Positions 49,241 through 60,178 of a stretch of DNA of 64,000 nucleotides are shown piece by piece. The DNA is from an uncultured Desulfospira sp. (GTDB lineage Bacteria; Desulfobacterota; Desulfobacteria; Desulfobacterales; Desulfobacteraceae), in contig OY760175.1 of the NCBI GenBank assembly GCA_963663165.1, positions 3,264,001 to 3,328,000 of the forward strand, given 5' to 3'. The notes beneath the pieces are model-generated. The model ran no database searches. It was not told the DNA's origin and was given only the letters and a program-made list of their open reading frames with translations. Numbering within the stretch: position 1 is the stretch's first letter; every line of letters starts with the position of its first letter. A program made the position numbers and the translations under genes.

Positions 49241-49681
49241 TCAAATATCGCCGGAGCGCCGCAGCAGCAATCTTTCTTCAGCCTTCCGGATCCGCTCTTC
49301 CTGTTCATCTTTGCGCTTCCTGGCATTGGCCACTTTAAGGTTGATATCGTCGAAATCCGCCGGTTTCATCAAATAATCAAAGGCCCCGGATTTCATGCCT
49401 TCCACGGCGGTTTCCGTGGAGCCGTGCCCGGTGAGCAGAATCACCTCCACCAGGGGATGGCGGGACTTGATTTTCTTGAGGGTTTCGATACCGTCCATAC
49501 CGGGCATGCGGATGTCCAGGATCACCACGTCAATGAGGCTTTTATCCAGAAGGTCAAGGGCCTCCTGTCCTGAATAGGCGGCCGTTACCTTTTCTCCCCG
49601 CCGCTCAAGGCGCATGGAAAACATTTCCACGAAATCCTTTTCATCGTCAACGATTAAAATTTTTACCGGTATTTTTATCAT
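49241..49681 (-). CDS. Single-domain response regulator
   Basis: ILIVDDE, LDIRMPGMDG, KPAD. Confidence 0.93.
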   Translation of the reverse strand: MIKIPVKILIVDDEKDFVEMFSMRLERRGEKVTAAYSGQEALDLLDKSLIDVVILDIRMPGMDGIETLKKIKSRHPLVEVILLTGHGSTETAVEGMKSGAFDYLMKPADFDDINLKVANARKRKDEQEERIRKAEERLLLRRSGDI

Positions 49682-49699
49682 GGGGGTCTCCTTTTAATT

Positions 49700-49797
49700 T
49701 AGGTTTTTAGGCTGAAGGGGTTTAGGCTGAAGGATATAAAATATTTTTTTCCTTACCAACCTTCAGTCTTCAGTCTATCCACTTTCAGTCTTTAGTC
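49700..49797. repeat. Short-repeat inverted hairpin in an intergenic gap
   Basis: taggctgaagg twice, versus ccttcagtc-ttcagtc and ttcagtc-tttagtc heptamers. Confidence 0.65.
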
Positions 49798-50952
49798 TGC
49801 CTGCTCAGGCAGGCAGACGGTAAATGTTGCGCCGCAGCCGGGCTCAGATTCCACATGGATGGTTCCGCCAAGCCCGGTCATTATTTTGTGAACCACAAAA
49901 AGCCCGAGCCCGGTGCCGGATTCATTGTCCCGGGCCTGGGTTTTGGTGGTGAAAAACGGGTCAAATATATTTTCCATATGCTCCTTTTTAATGCCGCTGC
50001 CGTTATCACTGATGTCAAGACAGACCGATGCCCCCTTCCGATAAAGGGCCAGCCGGATCTGTCCGCCCGTGTCTACAGCGTCCACGGCATTTTCGAGAAG
50101 GTTGATCAACACCTGGCGGACCTGGAAGGGATCCGTGTGCATGAGCATCCCGGTCTCAGTTTCCGGGGCCCATTCTACAGTGACCTTTTTGGCCTGGGTT
50201 TTCTGTTTGACCAGATCAATGGTGTCTTCGGTCAGTTGCCGGATATCCACCGGGATCAGCTCGCGCCCGTGTTTTCTGACAAAGCCCAGCAGCTGGTGGG
50301 TAATTTTCCTGGCCCGGTCCACGCTTTTTTCTATTTTCTCAAGGCCCTTGAACAAAATGGCCTTTTCAGGAACCGGGTCCGGTGATTCCAGCACCATGCG
50401 CATGAGGCCGGCCGACTCCTTGATTACGGCCAGGGGGTTGTTAATCTCATGGGCGATCCCCGTGGACATGGTCCCTAAGGCGGCCAGCCGCTGGGTGTGG
50501 ATCATCCGTTTTTCCAGTCTCCGCCGGAAAATTTTGTCCCGTTCCCTGGCCTCTTCCAGCCGTTTGAGCTCCCTGGCCTGGCGGATTTTGCCGGCCAGGT
50601 GATCCACTTCAACGGGTTTGGACAGGTAGTCAAAGGCGCCGGCCTTGACCCCTTCCACCCCTTCGGTCACGGCGGCGTTGCCGGTCAGAAAAATCACCTG
50701 AAGACCGGGATGGTACTTCTGAATGGCGTGGAAGGTCTCCATGCCGGACATGCCCGGCATTTTCATATCCACCACGGCCACATCAATTTCCTTTGCCGCC
50801 AGGATTTCCAGGCAGGAGGCCCCGTCCCCGGTGTCGGTCACGATCATGTTCCGGCGTTGAAGACGCCGGGCCAGGGCCTGGCGAAAACTTTGTTCATCAT
50901 CCACCAGCACCACCCTCACAGGGGATGGCTCTTTAGGGCTGTTGGTTTCCAT
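49792..50952 (-). CDS. Receiver-histidine kinase hybrid
   Basis: N-terminal receiver, AHEINNPL, DNGSGI, GTGLGL. Confidence 0.93.
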   Translation of the reverse strand: METNSPKEPSPVRVVLVDDEQSFRQALARRLQRRNMIVTDTGDGASCLEILAAKEIDVAVVDMKMPGMSGMETFHAIQKYHPGLQVIFLTGNAAVTEGVEGVKAGAFDYLSKPVEVDHLAGKIRQARELKRLEEARERDKIFRRRLEKRMIHTQRLAALGTMSTGIAHEINNPLAVIKESAGLMRMVLESPDPVPEKAILFKGLEKIEKSVDRARKITHQLLGFVRKHGRELIPVDIRQLTEDTIDLVKQKTQAKKVTVEWAPETETGMLMHTDPFQVRQVLINLLENAVDAVDTGGQIRLALYRKGASVCLDISDNGSGIKKEHMENIFDPFFTTKTQARDNESGTGLGLFVVHKIMTGLGGTIHVESEPGCGATFTVCLPEQAD

Positions 50953-50970
50953 GGCTTTGTCAAAAACCTC

Positions 50971-52539
50971 CTAAATCAGTCCCAGCACCTTCCACCAGGT
51001 ACAGACCACCCCCATCAGTATTAACAACAGGGCCGGGGTCGCCACAAGACCCACCTTGGTCAGGTCCGAAGACTTGAAATATTTATAGGAATAGGCAATG
51101 GCATTGGGCGGACACCCAATCACCAGCAGCATGGCAAAGGAGGTGGCCATGCCAAGCCCCAGTGCCAGGATGGTCGGGTTGACCCCTTCCAGCTGGGCCA
51201 TGGGAATTACAATAGGAAGAATCAGGGCCGCGGCCGCCACATTGGCCATGGCATTGGTCACCAGGGCGCCAAATACGGCCACGCCGGCAAACAGGACCAG
51301 CCATCCCTTCCCCTGGATCAGCGGGAAGAACAGGTTGGCAAAATAATCCGCTGCCCCGGAATACCCCATGGCCAGGCCCAGGGAGAGGCCCCCGCCAAAA
51401 ATAAACAGGGCCGTTCCCCACTCCAGGTTGTCGTTGATGTCCCGCCACTTTAAAACCTTAAACAGGACCAGGCAGGCCACCCCCACCATACCGGTAACCG
51501 AATAGTGCAGCCCGTGGATGCCCTTGGTCAACCAGGCCACGAAGGACAGTGCAATAATGATCAGTGCGGTTTTTTCAGCCGATGTCATGGGGCCTAAATC
51601 CTCATCAAAATCCGGCAGCTTGAACTTGGGGTCCGGACGGTAGATCATGTAAACGATCAGGACCGCTGCGGGCACACAGATAATGGCGGCCGGCATACAA
51701 TACTTGATCCAGTCAAAAAAAGTAATTTCAATGCCGGTGAACTCTTTTAAAAATGCCGCAGACACCATACACCGGCCGCCGCCCACCAGGGTTCCCATGC
51801 CGCCGCAGGAGCAGGCAAAGGGCAACGACAGCATCATGAACTTGGCCGTGTTGGTATTGGGATCAATGCCCACGGCCCGCATCAGCGGGAGCATGGTCAC
51901 AATGCCGATGGCACAGGCTGCGGCATCATGCATGAAAGAGGATGCAAGCCCTAAGCCCACGGCAATGATAAAGGTAAACCGGGTGACGGAATTGCCCGCC
52001 TTTTTAATAATAAAGTATCCCAGCCGTTTTGTCAGCCCCACTTTGTCCAGGGTAATGGCAAAAATCAGGCAGCACATGATAAAGACCACCACCGGGTGCA
52101 TATAAGGTGCCCAGGCATCCTTGACATCGGCAATGCCCAAAATGACAAGGGATGCGCCAATGAGGACCGCCGTAATCTCAAGGGGAATAGGCTCCATGAC
52201 AAAGAGGATGACCAGAACCGCCAGAACAGATAAGAACCGCTTGGCTTTGGGGCTCAATCCATCCACATAGTCCACCTGGACGGATCCAAGTCCCATTTCT
52301 TTGGCCTTTTCAGATAAAAATTTCACACTGGCCTGTTCTGTCCCCGGGGCTTTGGCTGTCAGCAACAGATTCTTGTCCTTGTTTTCCACACTGAAATACT
52401 GGGCCGCGGCCTGGGTGAGCTGGTCTGCCCCGGTTCCTGATACCTTGAATTTTGTCCCTTCGGGCCGGGGCAGCATAAATACGATGACGCCAACCATCAT
52501 GGCTGCCGCCAGTTTAAATCCATTTGTCTTAAATATCAT
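50971..52539 (-). CDS. SLC13/DASS family transporter
   Basis: EPIPLEITA, SCGGMGTLVGG, TNAMANVAA, GCPPNAIAY. Confidence 0.92.
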   Translation of the reverse strand: MIFKTNGFKLAAAMMVGVIVFMLPRPEGTKFKVSGTGADQLTQAAAQYFSVENKDKNLLLTAKAPGTEQASVKFLSEKAKEMGLGSVQVDYVDGLSPKAKRFLSVLAVLVILFVMEPIPLEITAVLIGASLVILGIADVKDAWAPYMHPVVVFIMCCLIFAITLDKVGLTKRLGYFIIKKAGNSVTRFTFIIAVGLGLASSFMHDAAACAIGIVTMLPLMRAVGIDPNTNTAKFMMLSLPFACSCGGMGTLVGGGRCMVSAAFLKEFTGIEITFFDWIKYCMPAAIICVPAAVLIVYMIYRPDPKFKLPDFDEDLGPMTSAEKTALIIIALSFVAWLTKGIHGLHYSVTGMVGVACLVLFKVLKWRDINDNLEWGTALFIFGGGLSLGLAMGYSGAADYFANLFFPLIQGKGWLVLFAGVAVFGALVTNAMANVAAAALILPIVIPMAQLEGVNPTILALGLGMATSFAMLLVIGCPPNAIAYSYKYFKSSDLTKVGLVATPALLLILMGVVCTWWKVLGLI

Positions 52540-52945
52540 TGCTCTGGTTCTCCGTTTTGTTGATTCGATCCTGGCAGGCCAGGTTGATTTTCTCTATTAA
52601 CTCATTCAATTCGCATGGTTTGGTCAGATAATCAAAGGCACCGATTTCCATGCCGTCCTTTGCAGCCGTTTCAGACCCGTGTCCGGTCAGAATGATCACC
52701 GGCAGCTCCGGAGCCATTTTCCTGACAATCTTCAAGACCTCAATGCCGCCCATATCCTGCATTTTCAGGTCCAGGACCATGACGTCAAAAAAGGCCTGGC
52801 GCAGGGCTTGAAGCGCCTGGGTCCCGGAATAGGCCTTGACGGTCTCAATCCCCCTCCGGCCAAGCCGGTTAGACAGCACATCGAGAAATCCTTGTTCATC
52901 ATCCACTAGCAGCAGGCGGGTATGGGGTTTGGGGATATCTTTCAT
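52529..52945 (-). CDS. Single-domain response regulator
   Basis: LLVDDE, LDLKMQDMGG, KPCE. Confidence 0.9.
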   Translation of the reverse strand: MKDIPKPHTRLLLVDDEQGFLDVLSNRLGRRGIETVKAYSGTQALQALRQAFFDVMVLDLKMQDMGGIEVLKIVRKMAPELPVIILTGHGSETAAKDGMEIGAFDYLTKPCELNELIEKINLACQDRINKTENQSNDI

Positions 52946-52994
52946 TTTATTCTTGCCTTTAATAAGTGATTGCAGGCGGTCGCTTCGCTCCGGC

Positions 52995-53420
52995 CTATAC
53001 CATTCGACCTGAAATTTCCCGGTGCCGGGCCTCCATGATCTTTTCCTCATGCTCTTGTTTCTTTCCGGCAGCCTTTTCCAGTTTTTCAATGAGCGCGGTA
53101 AGGTCGCAGGGTTTCATCAGGTAATCAAATGCCCCCTGCTTCATGCCTTCAATGGCCGATTCCACCGTGGCATGGCCCGTGAGCATGATCACTTCCACTA
53201 AAGGAAAGTCGGCTTTAATGGCCTTTAAGGTCTCAAGCCCGTCCATACCGGGCATCTTCACATCTAACACCACCACATCGGTGCTGCTGTTTTCTGAAAG
53301 AAAGTCAATGGCCGACTGCCCGTCATAGACGGCGTCCGCCTTGAGCTGACGTTTTTCCAGCCGTTTGATCAGGGTATCCAGAAACGCCTTTTCATCGTCC
53401 ACAAATAAAATTTTCATCAT
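52995..53420 (-). CDS. Single-domain response regulator
   Basis: ILFVDDE, LDVKMPGMDG, KPCD. Confidence 0.93.
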   Translation of the reverse strand: MMKILFVDDEKAFLDTLIKRLEKRQLKADAVYDGQSAIDFLSENSSTDVVVLDVKMPGMDGLETLKAIKADFPLVEVIMLTGHATVESAIEGMKQGAFDYLMKPCDLTALIEKLEKAAGKKQEHEEKIMEARHREISGRMV

Positions 53421-53421
53421 T

Positions 53422-55182
53422 TTAAATCTCCTTGTCTTTGTCCTGGTTCATATCAGGTTTAAATATTTTTTTTTCCTGCTGGTCATCCATGGGCAAACGA
53501 ATAAAAAAACTGGTGCCTTGGCCCACCCGGCTTTCTACCTCAATACTGCCGCCCATTTTCCGGATGATCCCGTAGCAGATGGAAAGGCCTAAACCGGTCC
53601 CCTTGCCCACGGCCTTGGTGGTGAAAAACGGATCAAAAATCCGGTCTAAATCGTGGGCTGGTATTCCGGGGCCATTATCATCCACGGTAATCAGCAGCAT
53701 GCCTTGATCCCGGGTGCTTAAGGCCGTTGAAATATCAACGGTGCCCCCCTCTTTTTCCATGGCGTCTATGGCGTTGTTGATGAGGTTGAGAATGACCTGC
53801 TGAAGTTCGGAAGGAGAAAAACGGATAAAGGGCAGGTCAGGTTCTAACCGGGTGCTGATGGTTACATTGTTATACCGGGCCATCTGAGCGGTGAGCCCAA
53901 CAATTTCAAGAATGGTGTCGTTGATGCAGATATCGGCCACGGCTGCATCGCTTTTCCGGGCAAAGCTCAAGAGTTTGTGGGTAATGTCCTTGCACCGCCG
54001 GCCCTGGGTCCTGATCTGTTCAATGGCCCGGTTAAATTCAGTCCGGCCGTCTAAAGTCATTTGGGTTTCTTCTTCCAGCAAATCCCCCATCCATCCGGCC
54101 TCTTCCACCATAATGGCCACGGGATTGTTGATTTCATGGGCAATCCCTGCGGCAAGCTCACCAATGCTGGCGAGTTTCCCGCTTTCCACCACCTGCTGGT
54201 TCATGGCTTCGCTTTCCCGGTCTGAATCGGCAATGCGGTTTACAAGGCTTTGGGGAAGTGTAAAAGAAACTGACAGGATGGCAATGCACCCTAGGGCAAA
54301 TACGGTAAGGGTCCACAGTTCGGCTTTGATCTGATCCTGGAAGGCATCCCGGGTATCCTGGCGGAACACCATGCGCCAGCCCACGGTTTTAAACATGGCC
54401 AAAGCGTAAATGTAAGTATCCCCATTGTCCCCGTCCTGTTTAAGGATAACGGTGTCCTTGTCTTTGAAAATGGCCGGGTCTGCGATGAACGAGGGAATCA
54501 CGGCCTGGCCGCCGGACCGGGGATGGGTTTGAAGCTTGCCCTGGGCATTAACGATAAACGCTGTGCCGGTCCGGCCGATCCTCACATTTTCCACCAGCAT
54601 GTTGAATGCTGTAAAATTAATGGTGGACCGCAAAATATAGGTGCGCCCCCGGCAGGACACCTTAACCGCCAGTATAAAATGGGGGTGGCCCCTTAAGCCG
54701 GCAAACACGTCAGATATATAATAGGGACTGTCCATGGCCTTACGGTACCATTCGGCCTTGCTGTAATCGGCGTATTCAAGACGGAAAGGCCCCTCATAGG
54801 CAAACTGGCGGCCATTGCTGTCCACTATCCCTAAGTCCGTGAACACATCCCCGTACTCGTTTTTAAGTTCCATCAACTGGCTTGCCAGAAAGGCCTGGGC
54901 CGTATCCGGCGAACCCGTGGAAAACTGCCGGGCCAGATACCGGATGTTCCCCAGTTTTTCGGCCAGAAAGGCATCAATATAACGAGTATGCTTAAGGACC
55001 AGTTCACAGATATGGGCACTGACCTTTTCCGAGTAGGCCAGGTGAAACTGCCAGCACAGAATGCCTGAGGTCAGCATCATGGGAATAAAGGAAACCAGCA
55101 GGATACGGATTCTGATTTTCCGGGTCAGCACCTGATAAAATTCTTTTCTATCCGATTTGGAGCGGCCTTTGATTAGGCTCAT
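53422..55182 (-). CDS. Cache-domain sensor histidine kinase
   Basis: Two TM helices, [32 protein letters not shown]. Confidence 0.93.
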   Translation of the reverse strand: MSLIKGRSKSDRKEFYQVLTRKIRIRILLVSFIPMMLTSGILCWQFHLAYSEKVSAHICELVLKHTRYIDAFLAEKLGNIRYLARQFSTGSPDTAQAFLASQLMELKNEYGDVFTDLGIVDSNGRQFAYEGPFRLEYADYSKAEWYRKAMDSPYYISDVFAGLRGHPHFILAVKVSCRGRTYILRSTINFTAFNMLVENVRIGRTGTAFIVNAQGKLQTHPRSGGQAVIPSFIADPAIFKDKDTVILKQDGDNGDTYIYALAMFKTVGWRMVFRQDTRDAFQDQIKAELWTLTVFALGCIAILSVSFTLPQSLVNRIADSDRESEAMNQQVVESGKLASIGELAAGIAHEINNPVAIMVEEAGWMGDLLEEETQMTLDGRTEFNRAIEQIRTQGRRCKDITHKLLSFARKSDAAVADICINDTILEIVGLTAQMARYNNVTISTRLEPDLPFIRFSPSELQQVILNLINNAIDAMEKEGGTVDISTALSTRDQGMLLITVDDNGPGIPAHDLDRIFDPFFTTKAVGKGTGLGLSICYGIIRKMGGSIEVESRVGQGTSFFIRLPMDDQQEKKIFKPDMNQDKDKEI

Positions 55183-55242
55183 ATATTGTCTCCCGTCAGC
55201 ATTAAGACGTTACTGTCCATTTGCTTTATGCTCACAGGGATA

Positions 55243-55257
55243 TCAAGATATATGCCA
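55243..55257 (-). promoter_or_regulatory. Candidate sigma-54 promoter of the signalling/DASS operon
   Basis: Minus strand TGGCATATATCTTGA (GG-N10-GA variant). TGTCACGTTTTTTTACA lies upstream at 55346-55362. Confidence 0.5.
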
Positions 55258-55390
55258 CTTGCGGGGAAAAGATAAAATTTTAATCAAGCGTTTGAAAATA
55301 CAGAAGAATAAAAAAACATGACAGAGGGTTAAAAAGCCTGTCGCCTGTCACGTTTTTTTACAGTGTGTAAAAACTATAAAAAAAGGGGGG

Positions 55391-55419
55391 GCGGAGACGG
55401 GGCTCTGCTGAACAGTTAC
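55391..55419 (+). mobile_element. Orphan diverged right end of the MITE family
   Basis: gcggagacggggctctgctgaacagttac matches the last 29 nt of the MITE at 26/29. Confidence 0.75.
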
Positions 55420-55436
55420 ATAAATTTTTGATATGC

Positions 55437-58400
55437 TTACCCTGTCATCGGTCCCAGGCGCTCTTTCACGAGATTCAATTCCTCGATGGCCTCATCGGTA
55501 TCAAAGTCGCTTAACAGATCGCAGACCTTTTTCATATCAATGGCATAGGGGGTTCCCCCCAGCATGCCGGCAAGTTCTTCGGCCTTGTCCATGGCCTCTG
55601 ATATATTGGTCGCGATCAGGGCTGAAATCCGGTCCATTAACTCCGGGGCATGGGTCAGGTCCCCGGGGGGGTGAGATGTTACGGTTTCTTCAATGGCCTC
55701 GCCAAGTTCGGTAAGGGAGTGCAGCACTTCATCCAGATCGTCTTTAACAGCGCTCAAAAGAGGTCCGGCATCAGTTTTCCCCTCCCGCAGGGCCGTTTCC
55801 AGGGCACCGGAGGCGCCGGCCAGTTTTCCGGCCCCTAGGTTGGCGGCCACGCCCTTGAGGGTATGGGCCAGGCGGACGGCATCTTCATGGCGCCCGTCTG
55901 CCATGGCGGCGGATATGTCCGAAGGCGTGGAAGCATAGTTGTCCCGGAAGCGGCGCAGCAGCTTCTTGTAAAGTTTCTGGTTGCCGGACACCGAGGACAA
56001 TCCGTCGCTGATGGATATCCCGGGAACCCCGGCCATGGGCAGGCTGTTTTCGGACTGATCTTCAAGGTCCTGAGACGTCCGGTCCTCAAGTCCTTCAGGA
56101 ATTTCACGCTGGCCGGGTTTGATCCATTTCACCAGGGTTTGATTCAGCTCTACCGGATCGATGGGCTTTGTGATGTGGTCGTTCATGCCCGCACTCAGGC
56201 TTTTATCCCGGTCGCTGCTCATGGCGTGGGCGGTCATGGCCACAATGGGCAAATCTTCAATGCCCTGGCTTCTGATAGCCACTGAAGCGGCCAGGCCGTC
56301 CATTTCAGGCATCTGGATATCCATCAGCACCAGGTCAAATTCTTTGTCCCCGCCATCGGCCAGCGCCTGCACGGCTTGCAGGCCATTGTCCACCACGGCC
56401 ACCTCCAAGCCGACGGTTTCCAGCAGCTCAACGGCGATCTGCTGATTGATTTCGTTATCTTCGGCCAGGAGGACCCGGGCCCCGCGGATGGCATCCAGCC
56501 CCTGGACTGTCTCTTCTTCAATCTGGTCTCTTTTTCCGGATATGCCCGCATTCAGGCCCATGACCTCAAGGATGGTGTCCAGCAATTCTGAAATGTTCAC
56601 CGGTTTGACCAGAAACGCATCGGCACCGGCATCCCGGGACCGTTTCATCACGCCTTCCCGGCCAAAGGCTGAGACCATGATCACCGAAATCTTATCGGCC
56701 CATCCGGGGGTTTGTTTTATTTTCAAGGTGGCTTCAGCGCCAGTCATCCCCGGCATTTTGTAATCCATCAGCACCAGGGAAAATTGTTCCTCCTCAGGGG
56801 TGTTCTCAATAATGCTAAGGGCCCGCTCCCCCGAATTGACCGCTGTCACTTCCAGTTTCAAGGCTTCCAGCAAGGATTTTAAAGTGAGCTGTGACGCCTC
56901 GCTGTCATCCACCACCAGGGCCCGTTTCCCTTTCAGGTCATTGGCCAGTAAGGTGTAATCTTTGGGAACTGTTTGACCGGCAACCGGAATTTCCAAAAGA
57001 CAGGTGAACCAGAAGGTGCTGCCTTTGCCATATTCACTTTCAAGGCCGATCTCACCGCCCATAAGTTCCACAAGCCGCTTGCAGATGGACAACCCCAATC
57101 CCGTGCCCCCGTATTTTCGCGTCGTCGAGGTATCGGCCTGGGTAAAGGGCTGGAAAAGTTTTTCGCATTGCTCTTTGGTCAGGCCGATGCCTGAATCGGT
57201 CACACTGAATTTGACCAGCAGACGATTCTCCAGGTGTTTGACGATTTTTGATTTAACAACAATTTCCCCTTTTTCCGTGAATTTAATGGCATTGCTGACA
57301 AAATTCAAAAGGACCTGGCCCAGCCGGAAGGGATCACCGATCAGGTCACCGGGGATGTCCATATCCTGGTCAATGATAAATTCCAGCTCTTTTTCCTGGG
57401 CCTTCTGGGAAATAACGGCGGAAAGGTTATTGAACACCTTATCCAGGTCAAAGTGGATGTTTTCAATATCCAGCTGTCCGGCCTCGATCTTTGAAAAATC
57501 TAAAATATCGTTGATAAGCCCCAAAAGTGCCTTGGCTGAACTGTCGATTTTGTATATGTAATCCTCCTGCTTGGGATTCAGCTCGGTCTTGAGGACCAGA
57601 TGGGTCATCCCAAGGATGGCGTTCATGGGGGTGCGGATTTCATGGCTCATGTTGGCCAGAAAACCGCTTTTGGCCTGGTTGGCCTGCTCTGCTTCCCGCA
57701 TGGCCACCACCAGCTGTTTGGTCCGCTCTTCCACGAGTTCCTCCAGGGATTCCTGGTATTTTTTACGTTCTGTAACGTCCATGGCCGTGAAGCAAAAGCC
57801 CTGGTTGATGTCATTATCATCAAGGGGGACCAGGCTTAACTGCATGTTCTTAATGGATTTGTCCCTGCTTTGGAAAACAGTTTCCAGGGAGGCGGTTCCC
57901 TGTTCCTTGATTTGCCTGTAATAGTCCTTACCCACAGCCTGAAAAATCTCTTCGCTGGGATAAAGGACCCGGGTACTTTTGCCCAGAAGTTCCGTCAGGG
58001 GGCGGTCAAGAATCCGGCCGAGTTCCTCATTAACATGGGTCAGAACCCGGTCCTTTACCATACCGATGCCAACGGTGGCGGCCTTGAAAATACTGTTCAT
58101 CTCCGCCTGCCGGCGCAGCAGCCTTTTCTCGTCTTTCTTACGTTCCGTAATGTCCATGATGGTAAACGAATGGCCCTGGCTCTGGTCCTGTTCATTTAAC
58201 GGCGACATGGTGATATATACATCTTTTAACGTCCCGTCCTTGCTCTGGAAAACAGACTCCAGCTGAGCCTTTCCATTTTCTGTAAGCTGTTTGTAAGCCT
58301 CCTCTCCCGTGGACAGGAATATGTCGTCACTTTCATAAAAAATCCGGGTGCTTTCCCCCAAAAGCTCCGATACAGGACGGCCAAGAATCCTGCCTAATTC

Positions 58401-59621
58401 CTCGTTGGTATGGATGATAATGCGGTCCTTTAACATGCCGATGCCCACACTGGATGCCCTGAGGATGCTGTCCAGTTCCGCCTGCCGCCGGATCAGCTCC
58501 TGTTCGAATTTTTTGCGTTTGGTGATGTCCATGACCGTAAACGCATATCCCTGGCTCTGGTCATGTTCGTTTACCGGGGCCAGGCGGATCTCCACGTCCT
58601 TGAGGGTACCGTCCTTACACCGAAAAACCGTTTCCAGGGACGAATACCCCTGGGTTGCCAGCTGGGAATACCCGATCTTGCCGGTGGACATGTAAACTTC
58701 CTCACTGGGATAAAAGATCCGGGTACTCTGGCCGGCCAGTTCCGCCACGGACCGGCCCAGAATTCTGGCCAGCTTCTCGTTGACATGGACCAGGCAGCGG
58801 TCCTTGACCATGCCGATTCCCACGGTCGCGGCCTTGAGAATGCTGGCGGTCTCGGCCTGCCGGCGAAGCAGTTTTTTCTCATAGTTATCACGCTCCAGTT
58901 CTTTGATCTTTATCTGTTCCACCATATCAATAAAACAGTTAAACAGAACCCCGATTTCATCTTTCTTCTTTTTTCGCTCCAGGTCCGTGGGAACATCTTT
59001 TGCGTCAGCCAGGTTGCGGGCAATATGGGCCAGCTGGCCAAGGGGCCGGCTCAACGGAATAATGGTGAACAATACAACAATGATGATCAACACACCGATA
59101 ATGGTATAAATGATCACAATTCTGTGATTCAAGCTGCTCACTGCCTTTAAAATAACCTGTTCCGTATAAAACAACTCTATCTTGCCGACCAGCTCGCTAT
59201 CATAGAAAATTGCTTTTGAAATTTGTTTAATATTCACGGCATCGGGCGGTATGGTGTAGGGGGTGATAACATCTTTTTCAATCCGGGGCGTATCCGTTAA
59301 TTCTTTATCCACAGGCGGTTGTTTGAATGAAGCGGATAGGCTGTTAACATCAAACACATTCACCGCCACAAAAAATTCATTTTGCAGAATCACCCGGCTC
59401 AGCCGATCGACTGCCGCATCATCAAAATCCCAAAGCGGTTTTGAAAAGGCTATATTTGAAAATTCGACAATACTTGCAATGGAGTTGTTCAGGTATTCGG
59501 TTAATGTCGCCTTATTGGCCCTGGTGATAAACGCCAGTGCGGCCATCCCGCTCAAAATAATGATCAATAAGATAACGGCAGCCAGTTTAAAGGCAACTTT
59601 GTTTCTAATTTGCGAAAACAT
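55437..59621 (-). CDS. Unorthodox hybrid histidine kinase (TM-HAMP-3xPAS-HisKA-HATPase-2xREC-Hpt)
   Basis: [16 protein letters not shown], two receivers, AHTLKGVA Hpt; GGAG RBS before ATG 59621. Confidence 0.95.
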   Translation of the reverse strand: MFSQIRNKVAFKLAAVILLIIILSGMAALAFITRANKATLTEYLNNSIASIVEFSNIAFSKPLWDFDDAAVDRLSRVILQNEFFVAVNVFDVNSLSASFKQPPVDKELTDTPRIEKDVITPYTIPPDAVNIKQISKAIFYDSELVGKIELFYTEQVILKAVSSLNHRIVIIYTIIGVLIIIVVLFTIIPLSRPLGQLAHIARNLADAKDVPTDLERKKKKDEIGVLFNCFIDMVEQIKIKELERDNYEKKLLRRQAETASILKAATVGIGMVKDRCLVHVNEKLARILGRSVAELAGQSTRIFYPSEEVYMSTGKIGYSQLATQGYSSLETVFRCKDGTLKDVEIRLAPVNEHDQSQGYAFTVMDITKRKKFEQELIRRQAELDSILRASSVGIGMLKDRIIIHTNEELGRILGRPVSELLGESTRIFYESDDIFLSTGEEAYKQLTENGKAQLESVFQSKDGTLKDVYITMSPLNEQDQSQGHSFTIMDITERKKDEKRLLRRQAEMNSIFKAATVGIGMVKDRVLTHVNEELGRILDRPLTELLGKSTRVLYPSEEIFQAVGKDYYRQIKEQGTASLETVFQSRDKSIKNMQLSLVPLDDNDINQGFCFTAMDVTERKKYQESLEELVEERTKQLVVAMREAEQANQAKSGFLANMSHEIRTPMNAILGMTHLVLKTELNPKQEDYIYKIDSSAKALLGLINDILDFSKIEAGQLDIENIHFDLDKVFNNLSAVISQKAQEKELEFIIDQDMDIPGDLIGDPFRLGQVLLNFVSNAIKFTEKGEIVVKSKIVKHLENRLLVKFSVTDSGIGLTKEQCEKLFQPFTQADTSTTRKYGGTGLGLSICKRLVELMGGEIGLESEYGKGSTFWFTCLLEIPVAGQTVPKDYTLLANDLKGKRALVVDDSEASQLTLKSLLEALKLEVTAVNSGERALSIIENTPEEEQFSLVLMDYKMPGMTGAEATLKIKQTPGWADKISVIMVSAFGREGVMKRSRDAGADAFLVKPVNISELLDTILEVMGLNAGISGKRDQIEEETVQGLDAIRGARVLLAEDNEINQQIAVELLETVGLEVAVVDNGLQAVQALADGGDKEFDLVLMDIQMPEMDGLAASVAIRSQGIEDLPIVAMTAHAMSSDRDKSLSAGMNDHITKPIDPVELNQTLVKWIKPGQREIPEGLEDRTSQDLEDQSENSLPMAGVPGISISDGLSSVSGNQKLYKKLLRRFRDNYASTPSDISAAMADGRHEDAVRLAHTLKGVAANLGAGKLAGASGALETALREGKTDAGPLLSAVKDDLDEVLHSLTELGEAIEETVTSHPPGDLTHAPELMDRISALIATNISEAMDKAEELAGMLGGTPYAIDMKKVCDLLSDFDTDEAIEELNLVKERLGPMTG

Positions 59622-59891
59622 GAATTTCTCCCTATGGTGATAAGCAGATGCGAATATCCTGAACCATACCGCCATCTCTTTTTTTTCGTCAAGTATTTTA
59701 ATATCCGATGCGGCGGTGTTGATTTAATGGTTCCATTATTACAAGAATCGAACGGTCCCCTTAAAATCGCTTTATAGGTCTTACGAAAATACCACGAAAA
59801 CGCTTTAAGATACAACAAAATGTAACACAGACGGAAAAGGGGGAGGCGGGAGCAGGACGGCCGCAGACCGGATATAAATTCTAAAACCGCG

Positions 59892-60043
59892 GTAACTATT
59901 CAGCTAATGCTGAAAACTAAGCAAAACCAGGGTCCGTAACTGTTCATCAGTGCTTCATATTTGTTTAGTCAGGACTTCGTAGCATACTTTTGCAATGTGA
60001 GAAGGCCTGAATGAGCGAAGATGGGGCACTGCTGAACAGTTAC
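59892..60043 (+). mobile_element. 152-bp MITE, copy 4 (four substitutions)
   Basis: TSD AAACCGCG at 59884-59891 and 60044-60051. Confidence 0.95.
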
Positions 60044-60178
60044 AAACCGCGCAGCATTCGGTCTCCCGTTTCCTGTCTCCGTTACAACTTGTTTTTCAAG
60101 GCTTTCAATGCTAAATTTTAAGGATTGGTAAAGACCGGATATGACGTTTGAGGGGAAGTGAGGAGAACACGGGTTAAG

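Noticed and set aside
48428..49573. Long antisense ORFs (381 aa here; also 21954..22832 and 27524..28297)
   Set aside because: They lie opposite well-supported genes, have no motifs, and are typical GC-rich shadow frames.
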